A stretch of DNA of 61,147 nucleotides, the filler included, from Porpidia crustulata (taxonomy: Eukaryota), in NCBI GenBank assembly GCA_964255105.1. It is 3 parts of 3 records of this genome, joined end to end, with 100 filler letters (N's around TTAATTAATTAA, not from the genome) between each part and the next. Parts side by side here need not be neighbours in the genome. Positions count along the whole stretch, not along the records: positions 1 to 20,393 come from CAXUWE010000116.1; 2 more parts are not named here. One strand, given 5' to 3'. Below are positions 1-13,071 of this stretch, one piece after another. Position numbers and translations under genes: made by a program. The notes beneath the pieces were generated by a model. The model saw only the letters and a list, made by a program, of their open reading frames with translations, did no database searches and was not told the DNA's origin. Numbering within the stretch: position 1 is the stretch's first letter; the number at the start of each line of letters is the position of its first letter.

Positions 1-381
1 ATGGTATGGCCAAACGCCATGTACTAACAACATTTCGCCCGGATACCGTAGTACGGTAGAGTACATCTCCAAAGAAACGGTGGGGCCCACCTTGGATGTC
101 GGTCTAGAACTCGATGGGCACGAAGGTTCTCACATTCTGCATGCACGGCACGGGGTAAACTACCTTACTCGATGCGGTAAATTATCGCGTTAAGTACAAC
201 AGCTAACGACACTTGTGTATCAAACAGAGGGGCGCAATTCAAGGCATTGTCGCTCGGTATCTATCTCTTGTACATCATTCGTCACTCACTGATCAATTGT
301 CAACGTCGACAACTTTCACCCCTAAGAGAAATCCAGTGTTCTTACAGATTCCCCCATATTCAATACCATTTAGGAACGAAG

Positions 382-987
382 ATGAGGCCTATGATCGCAC
401 TCCTATCGCTATTTCTATCATCGCTTGTCGCCTCTTCAAGTTTCTTTGGCGCCGAGCAGAGAGTTCTTGATGACGACCTTTCAGTCCCTGGCGATAATCC
501 TCTTGAGTACTGTCAGGCCGATACCTCCAAGGATATCTTGGTCATTAAACATGTTAACCTGAGCCCAAATCCTCCTGAAAAGTTGGTGCAAGGCCATCTT
601 TGAACACCGCGCCAGTCTGCTAACGATCCCCCAGGGGCAAAACACTTTCCATCGAAGCCAAAGGGAATTTTACCGAAGAGGTCGTCACAGGATCTTATGT
701 CAACTTACGTGTGAAATATGGCCTCATCACTTTGATCAACTCGAAGCAGAATCTTTGTGAGCAGATGAAGAATGTCGACGAGGAATGCCCTCTCAAGGGC
801 GAGAAGATCATCACGAAGGACGTAGAGCTACCGAAGGAAATACCCAAGGTACACCGTTCTTGCTGCTTGCTCTCCCGGGTTTGGGACTAATAGATATTTA
901 CAGGGGAAGTACACTGTCCTTGCCGATGTTTACAACGCCGATGATGCGAAGGTTATTTGTCTCGAAGCTACTGTTCATTTCTCATAG
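382..987 (+). CDS. NPC2: Phosphatidylglycerol/phosphatidylinositol transfer protein (ML domain, NPC2-like), 3 exons
   Basis: Signal peptide MRPMIALLSLFLSSLVASS, then VPGDNPLEYC...VNLSPNPPEK|GKTLSIEAKG...VKYGLITLIN...LCEQMKNVDEECPLKG...DVELPKEIPK|GKYTVLADVY. GT-AG introns at ~582-634 and ~849-903; TAG at 985-987. Confidence 0.9.
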
Positions 988-1365
988 TGGTTGCAAGTTG
1001 TTGGGTTTTCGTTTGACTGGCAGTAAATATGGCCGCTCAGACTAATGGCAAATTGGTACGATCGAGCAGGCAACACTTTTTTCAAGGAACAGATCAGAGT
1101 AATGGGATTTCGTTGTGGCCTTTACAAGGTGGTTTCTCAGTGAACCTATGAATAAGAAGAACCTGCTAGGTTCGCGCATGGCAACACTCTAGTATATGCC
1201 CCGAACATATTTCAAGCGGGCACAGATTCTACATAACTTTGTTCCGCGAACGATGGTCTCGGAGTATGCATGTGACACTGTACATCTAAGATTTTGAGTT
1301 GACATTCGAGGAAGCATCACTCATAAACATTCTTGAGAGGTTGTTCTGTCCTTTTCCCTCCATTT

Positions 1366-1908
1366 TCATTCTCCAAATAATCTTCTTACCCTCTTCAATA
1401 CGCTGTCCTTCTCCGGATCATAAGGATGGTCCTTACTCGGTATTTCTAGGACCGCAGGAAACGCATTTGTGTATGTGTCTACTCGGTCCCTGATCTTTTC
1501 AGCGATCTATATTGTCTGATTAGATCTAGAGTTGTCATCGGACTACCGAAGCGGCGTGAACTCACATGTTGGTTGATGAGCAAGATTGCTATATCCTTGC
1601 GCTTCTGTGTAAACCTATCGAAAGCCTCGGCGATGGTAGAGGTTTCCGTCTTGGCGTCCACAACGAGGAAATTCTTCTGTGCATCTGGGGGTTGGGTGAC
1701 ATGCTAGATGCGATCAATTATCATAATCCACGGAGCTACCAAGCGTAACATACCCCAATGCCAGCCAGTAGTAGGCCCGTCACCGAGTCCTAGATCCGAT
1801 TTTCCTGTGAGCCTTTGCTGGCAACAATTCAGTAGATCAAGTACAGACCTCATCGCCAACGACTGCAAGAAAATGCCGATCTTTGTACGCAGAGGTGGGT
1901 GCGGCCAT
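1366..1908 (-). CDS. VMA7: V-type H+-ATPase subunit F, multi-exon
   Basis: Spliced translation [48 protein letters not shown]...[15 protein letters not shown]...[31 protein letters not shown] carries the hallmark subunit F motifs. Confidence 0.95.
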
Positions 1909-2186
1909 TACAGGAGTAAATGCGATTGTTTGGCAAGTGCTGGTGTGCTACGAGTAGACAGCAGAGGATGACGCCCCGCCGCATAAAGCTCAATTATATA
2001 TCCTTGTTCAGCCTTACCCGCCCTCGGCCAGCGTTTTATTATTTATTGTTTGTGAACGCATCACACACACTGACACTCACGAACATCAACATTTTCGAGA
2101 TTGCCGAGCCCGACAATGGAGGATCTGTGGATGCAATTATATTACAAAATGGCTGCATGAGCTGGACCGTCCAGACAAACATCAGC

Positions 2187-3553
2187 ATGCCTCGACTTAT
2201 TCGCCGTAGACCACTATTAGAGCGTGTACAGGCGTACCTTAATCCCTTGGACTTCCTACTTTGGCTGTCTGAAGAACTTGATTCCAGTGATTGGGATCAT
2301 TGGCAACAGGAATGGGCTACCACTGTTGGAGTCGCGCTTAACGTGATATTTTTGGCCGCAAGAGCAAACAGTGGACCTAGCGAGAGGATAACCGGGGGCG
2401 ATGTCTTTGGTGAAGGAGGGTCGCATACTGCATGGTTGGCTTGGCTGGTACGCCCCCTCGGCATTTCAACGGAACAATACTCGAGACTTATGCGCTGCAG
2501 GCAGCTTTTATCGTCCACTTCCTGTCACTCCTATCCTTCATGAACGCTGCGTACACTTTCTATCGCCAACGACATTATAGGCTGTTTGAAACCTCGGTAG
2601 ATGCTATTCCCAGTACACCCTCGGCTCGCCGCGTCCGAGTAGATTCGTCGCCTCTCTCATCGTCACCACTCCGGTTTCTCTCCAGCATGCTTGCCGACGA
2701 CAGCGCAGATTCGCGGTCACGTCCAGACGCCACCAGAGACGTTTGGGAGCTCGCGGTATGGGACCCCACGACTCTCTCTCTCAGAATGTTCTGTTTATTC
2801 AGTCCCGGCCACATTCTAGTGTACAGGCTTTTCCTACCAACCGCCATCTCAGATTCTCGGCCCAGTACTACGGTAGTAACGACCTTATTCTTAGCAGGTC
2901 TACTATCTGCGCAGCTTATGATGCTCCAGAAGAGCTTCTCACAGCAATCCAAAGACACTTCAGTAATTCATAAGGAAGTACTGAACGAGTACGATACCAA
3001 GTTTGTCCACCCACGGACGCAACCACACATGCGGGATGTTGGTACCCAACATAGGAGTACAGGGACTTCAACTTGGGAAGCCGACGGTAATTCAGTCGAC
3101 ACGTACAGGCCCACGATTATTTTGAAGAAAAGCTTTCAGACTCACCCCAATCCAAACTACGTCAAGCACTTAGACCCCAGGGGCTATTTTCAACACGGTA
3201 CGCCACCTTCTCCGGCAACGTCGACGAGCATGGCTCCGCCTTTACGAACCCCAGCTCACCTGCGCGACGTATCTTCACCAATAAGACCACGAACTGCATT
3301 ACGTCAGCCGCAGTTCAAGCCTCCAAGTGGTGATGGAGGGAGCCTTGGTGTCTACTCGCATGCCAATTCCCCACTTCGACAATCTGCGTCAACTAATTTC
3401 TCTGACACGCATCGTCAGCAGGAAAGAAGTGTAAGCCCTATCAAGAGAGAAGGAAGTCCACTCAAAAGGACCAGTGTGCCTGGTGATGCTAATGGGATGC
3501 GTTGGGCGTATTCGCAGGGTACGCCGGCTCGGAGGGAAAGCGGACGGTTCTAA
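2187..3553 (+). CDS. Nuclear rim protein Nur1/Mug154-like (DUF2418), 2 exons
   Basis: MPRLIRRRPLLERVQAYLNPLDFLLWLSEE; intron 2448-2500; RHYRLFE...PSTPSARRVRV, VWELAVWDP, LFSPGH, QQSKDTSVIHKEVLNEYDTKFVHPR. Confidence 0.8.
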
Positions 3554-5294
3554 GCACGGTTTGGACGTGCATTGAAGCTTTCGATGTTACTAAAGTCGGG
3601 GTAACTCCCCAATAACTTCGACGATGGGCTGTCAAACACATGTGGCGCTAATCCACTCATGCCGAGCGAAGACCAATGGCCTTATCGGAGACGTTCAGTA
3701 GCTACTACGAACCATGCCGCTTCTGGCATGTATCTCGCTGGAGGGTCGAAGAATCAATAGTAGATTTGAGTAAGGATTCCACTAGTCCAGATAGCAATGC
3801 ATAAGGCAAATGCTCTCGTATATATGATGATCCTGCCCCCTTTCCACTTTGACATTTTCTCTTCGTATGTGATTGTACGCCAGAGCTTAAGAGATTCCCC
3901 ACCACCCAGATTTATGGTTTTTGGATTTTTCCAGTCAGCTCTATCGCACACCAGCAACAGCAATTACATGCCTTTCGACCTTCCCCATCATCTATACCAC
4001 ATCACACGAAAGTCATCCATCCACGTCTCGGAAGTATCAGTAATCCAGATGAATATACCTACTTTTACACCATCATGCGGCTATTTCGACGATCGAAGGA
4101 GGGCGGCAGCGCAGTCAGCGACAAAGTACCGTTCATCGATGTGGCTAAAAAGACACCACAATCGGACAACGGATTACTCTTCGGTGGCACCAATTCGAAT
4201 ATCTTCTTGGACGGGGTGACAGAACTTCCACCAACGCCACTGTTACCAAAGCCAGAAATTCTTTCCCGCTGGCTGTCGAAGAAGAAGACCCGAGCAGCGC
4301 CAGTACCATCAGCTGCAATGGAATGTCCCCATTCAATTCATCCATGTTTCAACGCCTTCGGGACCAATATAAGCTTACCACTTGGGATGCGGGTCCCACG
4401 GCGGGGATCCGCTGCCAGAATCGACCCGAATACCTCGAGCCCACGCAAATCGAGAGCGTACGCTTCGTCGTTCTGCCACCACCAGCCCCCAAGATGAGAA
4501 GATTGCCAGGCGGAAATGGACCGATTGAAAGTTGTCGCTTTCTTGCAGCGCTCCATCTGGCCCGCGGTCGTCTGGACCTTCCCGTTCGCGGTTCGATGCC
4601 CGGGCTTCGCCGCATTTCCAGGTGGTAGTAGAGATTTTCTGGCCACGGGTTGAGCGTCCCATGCCTGCCAAAGTCCCACGGTCAGCAGAAAATATTAGCT
4701 ACTTGGAAAATCTAGCAGCTAAAAGGACGCCAACGTACTCACCGGTCCATGAGAAGCCGGAGAAGATCAACGTGAGCCACGCCCTACCGGTTCCATTATT
4801 TACGCCGCCCACGGGGCATATCTTTGCTGCATGTCTCAATTCGAAGAAGAAAAGCCAACGTACGCAATTCGAATTCATCAAGGTAGCGACCGAATCGCAT
4901 CCATGCCCAGCCAAAGTAGTGACTGAGTCTTGGAACACTCCGATTCAACCCGCTTCCGACAGAATAAGATCGTTCCAGTCAATCCAGGCGGTATTAATGT
5001 GAGCTATCCACCATATCCTATTGACATGCAGCTAATTCCTCCTTTCTTACCTGGAAGGTTTTCCAAGATCCACAGTTTACTCGAAGCGACTTCATGGGTG
5101 CTAAAAAGATGACCTAGTCAACAATCGCGTATTTTGTGCTCGTACGGGTTACTTTTTGGGGCGATCAAAAAGTTTTTTTGCTTTGTGCTTAAGGGATTTA
5201 ACTGGTCACTTGGGATTGTTTCGCTGGTCATAGTATTGGGTATTGTAGGCGAATATTGTATAGCAGGTCAATGACATTGGATCATTCCGCTAAA

Positions 5295-6549
5295 TCACGC
5301 TGCTCTAGTTTCTGCGAATTCGATGAATTGTCCTTGCAGATTTTGCTTCCATATGTGCAATATGCCACTATCACCAGTTGATGCAAAAGCATTACCTAAC
5401 GAAACATTAAGACGTGCGTTTAGAAATTCCAAAGGTTCTTACCTTCGTGCATCCACTCGACCTTCCACACTGGTACACAATCATCGTGGTAAAGTGCCGC
5501 CACTTCTTTCCACTCATGCTTGATATTCGCCACACCACCATGGTTGCGTGCAGCAGCACGCAAGACACCTGCTAAACCTGCACCAATTCCGGACGGTGCC
5601 TTCTGAGCAGTTATAGAGGAAAGGTCAGAGCCGTGATCGGGCAGAGAAGGAGCGACTGAAGTCGTCCGTGAAGAAGTTATGGGGTTCGTGGGCGTAGTAA
5701 CCTCGAACACTCGCACACATCCGTCATCACAAGCAGCAGCAATGAGGTCATAAGGTCTAATGCAGCCTGGTGCCCAAGACACATCGTTGATGAGAGGGCT
5801 GTCAGTCGCTATTTCGATCATCTCGTGGAATTGATAATTACCCTCTTCAATTTTTAGTGCGCGGTAGATCTTGATGAAACTCATGGCAGAAACCGCAAGT
5901 GAGAGAGCTTTCGGGTCTACACCAGCCATAAGAGCGGTATAACATGGCCGCTCAGAACGGTGCAACGAAAGCCTAAACCTAGGTTCAGTACCTCGTGAGT
6001 GCTGACCGTAGGGATAAATTTGATCCAGTTCTTTCCATGCGGTCAAGGACTCGGGCTCGGAGGGCTCCAGAAGGCTGAGTAGTCCATCGTGTGTTACCAG
6101 GACGAGCCACGCCTCATGCTTGACAGTCTTGAAGTCAAAGGAAACATATGCAACATAATTATTGGGTGACTGAGAGAATATGCATCTGAATCGACGGCCA
6201 CTTTTGGGAACCTGCGATGGGTCTTCTCGCCAGAGCTTAAATTTGTTGTCGCCGCCAATAGTACCGAATACTTGGCCCAAGGAAGGTCCAATCCATTTAA
6301 CCTTCAAATCAATACTCAGTATGTAAGACTGGCCTAAGACTTTTAATGACTTGCATCCAGGATCTCGCCATCGTGTCCTCGCCATTGATCCACCAATGTC
6401 CATGAGTTGTCTTGCTCAATATTGTAGATGCGAATTTTATGGTCAGCACTAGAGATCGCTATACGAGTACCCGAAGGATTGAAAGCAGCGGCGAGCACAA
6501 CATCAGCAGCTCCATGATCGAAGTTTCTAAACCCGCCAACACTTTCCAT
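5295..6549 (-). CDS. SEH1: WD40 nucleoporin/SEA complex subunit Seh1, 3 exons
   Basis: FDHGAADVVLAAAFNPSGTRIAISSADHKIRIY...WRGHDGEILD|VKWIGPSLGQVFGTIGGDNKFKLWRED...INDVSWAPGCIRPYDLIAAACDDG...PVWKVEWMHEG|NAFASTGDSGILHIWKQNLQGQF. First intron is GC-AG (6302-6354). Confidence 0.85.
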
Positions 6550-6921
6550 TTTCAAGAGTAGCTGTGATAAGTACAGAACTGGGGCTGCAGAATTATTACA
6601 GTGAGGTAAACATGGCGGTAAGCATCACGTAGGTAGCGTTCTCCACAGCCTTCGACGCAGGTTATTGCAATTTCAATAGCAATTCATCATTGAAAGAAGT
6701 CGTCCACTTGAAGATGGATAATCTAAGAACCCGGAACGATTTGAAGGAGGTTGAGCACAGTGGTCAAGAGGAATAATATCATGTGATTGCTCTGCCGGTC
6801 TGCCCCACGTTGCGGCTATCGCGGCTGTATCGGCTGGATCGGGCAATGGTGGCTCGACTGTCGAATTTTGCAAGTCAGGAAATAATCATCTGGTTTCATC
6901 ATGCTCTGGCATTGACTTTTC

Positions 6922-8417
6922 ATGAGCACATCTCTCAGTCGAGCTGAGGCTCTAAGCCTCTTTACACTTTCTACCGCTTGTCTTGGCGTCATAGCCAATA
7001 CATTCCATGGTGACGGCGAGCCACTTGTCGCTTCTTTGGCCTTCAGTGGCATAGCGTTCGCATCTACGTACTGCATGATTCGATGGCTCGGGAATGTGTT
7101 CATGAAGGCGGGGCTCAAAGGAGCCGACATGTCAAAAAGTAAGAAAGTCGAAATGTAAGTTCGTATTAAGGATCATCATCAAAGGGCAAGTCGCGCTGAA
7201 CTGATGTCCCCTCAGTCCGGAAACAATGGGCGCCGTCTGCGCTATTGTATATCTTCTTGCTATCATTTTCTTTATCCCATTCCCCTTTTATAAGGATATC
7301 GTTGCCGCGACGTCTACGGGATGGAACAAAGATAGCGATGTTGAGCTTCACCAAGTCGGAAATGGGAGAATTCTACATAGATTTCCTCATAGCAAGGTAA
7401 GCAAGGTTTGACATCTAGTGTCATCCACTAACTGTTCAAAAGCTGGCTTCGTATCTGTCTGCCATATTGTCCCTGCAGTCTGTTGTCCTACTCGGCATTG
7501 CTGACGACTTGTTTGACATTCGTTGGCGCCACAAATTCTTTATTCCAGCATTCGCGTCTATTCCAATGCTCATAGTATATTTTGTGGACTATGGAGTCAC
7601 CACAGTAGTTGTGCCAGTACAGCTTGAATCATATCTGGGCAATTTAATCGACCTTGGCTGGCTCTATTATGTTTATATGGCCGCGATTGCTATTTTCTGT
7701 CCGAACAGTATAAACATTCTGGCCGGTATCAATGGTATCGAAGTCTCGCAATCCATCATCGTCGGGGCCCTTTTATTGATCAACGACATTCTATCGCTGT
7801 ACGTTTTGCCAAACTCCCCAAACCCACACCCAGCAACGGACCCGCATCTTTTCTCGATCTATCTCTTACTCCCATTTATTGGTGTTTCAACGGCTCTCTG
7901 GTGGCACAATTGGTATCCGGCCAAGGTCTTTGTTGGTGATACCTACTGCTACTTCGCCGGGATGGTCTTCGCAATAGTCGGTATTCTTGGACATTTCAGT
8001 AAAACACTGCTTTTACTTTTCATTCCACAGATAATCAACTTTACCTATTCTGCACCGCAGCTTTTTCGAGTTATCCCATGCCCGAGGCATCGACTACCAC
8101 GTTTCAACGCCCGGACTGGACTTTTGGAACCTTCGGTGACTCAGTGGCAGTACCCCCCGTCATGGCCCGTGGCTAAAGCATTGAAGCTACTTGCCAGTTT
8201 GCCATTGCCATTGATTAGAATAGAACAGAACAGCAATGCAGACATAATAGAATCTACGAACCTTACCATTCTAAATCTTTGGCTCGTTTGGTTCGGACCA
8301 ATGAGGGAGGATCGGCTTGCCATTGGGATACTGATAATGCAATCTGTATGCGGATTAATGGGCTTATTTGTGCGGCATGAAATGGCATTATGGGTTTTCA
8401 GACAGGATAACAGGTAA
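6922..8417 (+). CDS. ALG7: UDP-GlcNAc:dolichyl-phosphate GlcNAc-1-phosphotransferase (DPAGT1/GPT), 3 exons
   Basis: GLKGADMSK...PETMGAV, LLGIADDLFDIRWRHK, FCPNSINILAGINGIEVSQ, NWYPAKVFVGDTYCYFAG, PCPRHRLPR. Confidence 0.95.
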
Positions 8418-8589
8418 TAAGATAGGCCTCAAACGTTGACTACTGTAGTTCAATACCGTCCATTTATGTGTGAAATCAGGCTCATTATTCGAACTACGTT
8501 CTCGCAGGCAATATAATATAGAAGTTAGGGTGTCACGGTGTGTAGGGCCTCGAAGCGGCTCCGTCAGACCACCAGAAGTCAGGGCACTA

Positions 8590-8626
8590 ATGACTAATTA
8601 GCCGAGGCAGACATCCCCGATACCGG
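8590..8626 (+). promoter_or_regulatory. Putative Gcn4/CpcA-like site (ATGACTAAT, 8590-8598) and Leu3/LeuB site (CCGATACCGG, 8617-8626) upstream of LEU1
   Basis: CCG-N4-CGG matches the Leu3/LeuB zinc-cluster consensus. TGACTAA is a one-mismatch Gcn4 site. Both lie 160-200 bp upstream of a leucine biosynthesis ATG. Confidence 0.55.
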
Positions 8627-8784
8627 AACAGCGAAGTCCGTGTTGAAGATTATCTATATCTTCACTCGCCTCAAGCAAATTTGGACTAAATTAATCTGAA
8701 CTTTGTAGGGCGTCTAGTAGTAGCATCGACACGGTATCATCCTTGATTTCACTTGTAACTTCAAAACGCTTTGCCTCATTCTCG

Positions 8785-11262
8785 ATGCCATCTGCCAACC
8801 GAAAGCCAAGTACATTGTACGACAAAGTGTTCCAGGACCATATTGTGGACGAGCGTGATGATGGGACCATTCTACTTTATATCGGTAAGCGCTGATGCGC
8901 TGCGAATATGTGTTGCGGTTTTACTAATTTCAACTAGATAGACATTTAGTACATGAGGTCACCTCACCTGTGAGTCTAAAGAGCGCCTTGCGAGCAGGTA
9001 AACAGGGACTCACGCTTGTGTCAGCAAGCTTTTGAAGGCCTCCGAAATGCAGGGCGAAAGGTTAGGAGACCTGACTGTACCCTGGCTACCACCGACCATG
9101 TAAGCAGCCCCATGGAGTCCATTTGCTGGGCTGTGGCTCATTTGCGATAGAACGTTCCTACAACGCCCCGAAAGCAATTCAAGAATGTAGGACAGTTTGT
9201 TGAAGAATCTGACTCACGGATTCAATGCCTTACGCTCGAAGAAAATGTCAAAGAATTCAATCTTACATATTTTGGGCTTGGGGACAAACGCCAGGGTATT
9301 GTACATATCATCGGACCCGAGCAGGGCTTTACCCTTCCTGGAACCACGGTCGTTTGTGGCGATAGCCACACCTCAACTCATGGCGCCTTCGGCGCCCTTG
9401 CATTTGGTATCGGAACGAGCGAAGTAGAGCACGTCTTAGCCACACAAACTCTGATAACAAGGCGAAGTAGAAATATGAGAATCCAGGTCGACGGACCACT
9501 ACCAATAGGTGTTAGCAGCAAAGATATAATTCTACATATTATAGGTGTCATCGGTACTGCAGGCGGAACTGGGGCCGTTATTGAGTATTGCGGTTCCGCT
9601 ATCAGAGGCTTAAGCATGGAAGCAAGAATGTCTGTCTGCAACATGTCAATCGAAGCTGGAGCTCGAGCAGGAATGATCGCCCCTGATGAGATAACATTCA
9701 AGTATCTAGAGGGACGACCACTAGCTCCAAATTACGATAGCCTGGAATGGAAGAAAGCTATAGAACACTGGTCAGGCCTTAAGTCTGACGAGGGAGCTTC
9801 ATATGATGAGGAAGTGTTCATAAACGCCGAGGAAATTGTTCCCATTGTTTCTTGGGGTACGTCGCCTCAGGACGTTGTCCCCATCACTGGTGTTGTCCCA
9901 AATCCAGACGACTTTCCTACAGCGGCGAAGAAAGAAAGCGCAAGGCAAGCCCTTGCATACATGGGTCTGGAACCCGGTACTCGTATGGTGGACATCGTGC
10001 TCGATAAGATCTTCATCGGATCCTGTACCAACGCCCGGATCGAGGATCTTCGAGCAGCTGCACAAATTGTCAACGGTAAGAAAATCGCACCAAATCTGAA
10101 GAGGGCAATGATCGTCCCAGGCTCCGGGTTAGTCAAAAGCCAAGCCGAATCGGAAGGCCTCGATGAGATATTTACAGATGCTGGTTTCGAATGGCGTGAA
10201 GCTGGCTGTTCCATGTGTCTGGGTATGAATCCCGATATCCTGTCGCCCAAGGAGCGATGCGCGAGTACTTCGAATAGGAATTTCGAAGGCCGACAAGGTG
10301 CAGGTGGGAGAACACATCTAATGTCACCTGTCATGGCTGCTGCTGCTGCAATTGTTGGCAAGCTAGCAGATGTGCGGAAATTGGTCAACCAGAAGGTCAT
10401 ACCAGTAAAGGCACCTGCTAGATTAGATGTCAATCCTGAGATTTCCGACATTGACACAGATGATGATATCGAGCGTCTACTCGACTTACCTGGAGACGGC
10501 GATACTCAAGTTAACGCCAGCGCGCACAGAACGTCGGCTGGATTGCCCAAATTCCAAACCTTGAAGGGCATAGCAGCGCCCATGAATCGGTCAAACATTG
10601 ATACTGATGCGATCATTCCTAAGCAGTTCTTGAAAACGATTAAGCGTACTGGCCTTGGCTCGGCGCTGTTCCACGCTCTTCGCTACCGTGACGATGGCAG
10701 TGAGAAACCAGACTTTGTCCTAAATCGAGAACCATATCGACAATCAAAGATTTTAGTAGTGACAGGCCCCAATTTTGGCTGCGGTAGCTCACGCGAGCAC
10801 GCCCCGTGGGCCCTTCTCAATTTTGGCATAAAATGTATCATTGCACCTTCTTATGCCGAAATCTTCTTCAACAACACCTTCAAGAATGGCATGCTGCCTC
10901 TTGTGATTTCGGATCCGCCGACGCTCCACAAGATTGCTGAAGAGGCTGATGCAGGGCATGAAATAGAGGTCGATCTCGTGAATCAGCGAGTCAACGACGC
11001 GTCAGGAAACATGTTAGCGAACTTTAAGGTTGAGGAGTTTCGAAAGCATTGTTTGGTCAACGGCCTTGATGACATTGGGCTGACAATGGAGATGGAAGGC
11101 AAGATCAAGAAGTTCGAGATCAAAAGGACTGTGGATATGCCATGGTTGGACGGTAGTGGCTACTTGAAAAGGGGGAAAGGCGACGGCGCAGTTAAGATAG
11201 ACGCTATCCCCGTACCAAAGACCAATCGGGGCGAACGAATTGATGAACCGTTGGAATGGTAA
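8785..11262 (+). CDS. LEU1: 3-isopropylmalate dehydratase (fused large and small subunit), 4 exons
   Basis: [109 protein letters not shown]. Confidence 0.98.
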
Positions 11263-13071
11263 AGTCCCGGGCTTTGGCAACTACAATAACAAATAAACAC
11301 AATAGATGTTTGCAATTCAGCTTGCCGATATCTCGGAGGGGGAATAGCAATATTTCTCATGACTGGAGCTTCCTCCGAACGGTACTTGATTTTAGAGTGA
11401 ATATCAATCACTGAACAAGATCATTGAAATCTATCCACTCTAGATGGTCTTATTGAGATTTGTGAAGCACATGCGGACATCAACAATCGCTGAGCAGATT
11501 CTGCTGTCACTCCTCATGCAAAGAATATCGTGCTAGCAATGGTTCTTTGTGCGTTTCTTTTTTTGGAGTTTTGGGATCATCGATGGATGGTAGCCGGTAG
11601 CAGATAAGCGACTACACTATTACCAGGTAAAGTAGGCGTTGTACGAAGGACTACCTCCAATTTCACTGCGTGGGTTTCCCAGCTGAAGGAGTCTGTCTCA
11701 TTAGTGGAAAGGTCAACCAGCCGAAAACAGAAAGATGTCTGGTGGCAGTGACTCGATACGAAAGTTGTGGTCTTCTCGAGATTTGGGCCTTACAGCCGCC
11801 GGGCATATGAAGAGTCAAATACCCAAAAATTGACCTTGATTTCGTCCATTTTCTACACCTCGGTTCCATAAAAAGTAAGGGTAGCACTAGGTTAATATTA
11901 AAATTGACGCTCTGTATACATCCGGCTTCTTGGTGGAATCGCCGTCTAGTTACAGCACTACCTCGACGACTATTCTATGTTCTCAGAGCTCTTCGCGATG
12001 AGCCTAAATCTGTCATTGCCATCTCATCTTCGAAGACTGAACTACTTTATATTCGGTGGCGTACTTCCTATTAGTGCGTCGCAAGAGCGATGCTTGAAAC
12101 TTGCGATGAATCTTCGGAAATCAAAATGCTCGGCAGCTGGAGTACAAACGAAATCGAAGTCGAGTTTTGGGGCGCCTTTTTGCGTTCCGCTTGGGCCATG
12201 CCCCCAAATGCAGGATCTGAGTGTTTGGAAGCTTCAGGGGAGACCGAGTTTTTGGTGGGACGCTTAGTGCTCTATCGCCTCGGGCAAACCGGCATCCTTA
12301 CCATTTTCATCTACGTTAACGTGAGGGATTGCATTTGCTGCGGCGGATGTATTGTGATACAAGCGCTGGCATGTCGAAATGCGCATTAGGCGACGCTCGC
12401 CAGAATCTTGCGATTTCCTGCGACAATATCCGCATCCTCTCCGTGATTCTCGTGGTGAACGACAAATTGTTGATTAGCTGAATACATTCAAAGTGTCAAT
12501 AATCTAGGGTTTGGTCGCTTAACCTCTGCTGAACTAGGCATTACCCTTCCACCCAGATGGCATTTTCGCAGCTCTCGAAACGTCATTGCTGCACCGATCG
12601 TGAATTTTTCTGGTCAAATTACTACTACCGGCGGTTAGGTTCCTTCAGCACGGTTAAGCTCAACACCAGTATTTATTCGCCAATACGCCAGGATTCTATG
12701 CAGCGGGTGTACCCCAGAAATCCCCCAGACGAGCTCTGACCTCTACATCCCTTAGAGAAGTAGTATGATCGAGCAGCCAAGATACTTCGGCTTCAAGACG
12801 GTGATATATCAGGACGCTTGAGCGGGTGAAAGAAACGTTTCTTCCCTACGTTTGCATCGTATTTCCATTTCTGATCGGCAAACATCTTCCGCAGGCAGGC
12901 GAATTATATATACTTCCCTGGACTTCTTTTTACGTTATGGATTTCTATTCCTCTGTCATTACGGACTACCTTTCGGGAAATTCAGCTCTAGGCTCAGCCA
13001 GTCCTGATCTCTCTGCCTCCCCTCCACGTGCCGCCAGCTCACGATCTTCTGAGGAGATCCTCCACCTCAGC

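Noticed and set aside
4550..4622. GGTTCGATGCCC as a tRNA T-loop
   Set aside because: I could not form an acceptor stem, D arm or anticodon arm around it.
9151..9475. Apparent truncation of LEU1, since the ORF track starts at 9475
   Set aside because: The frame is open from the exon start at ~9151 through [10 protein letters not shown], so this is a start-codon calling artefact.
11977..12389. Short ORFs upstream of the GPR1/FUN34 gene
   Set aside because: No recognisable motifs or splice structure; probably promoter or intergenic sequence.
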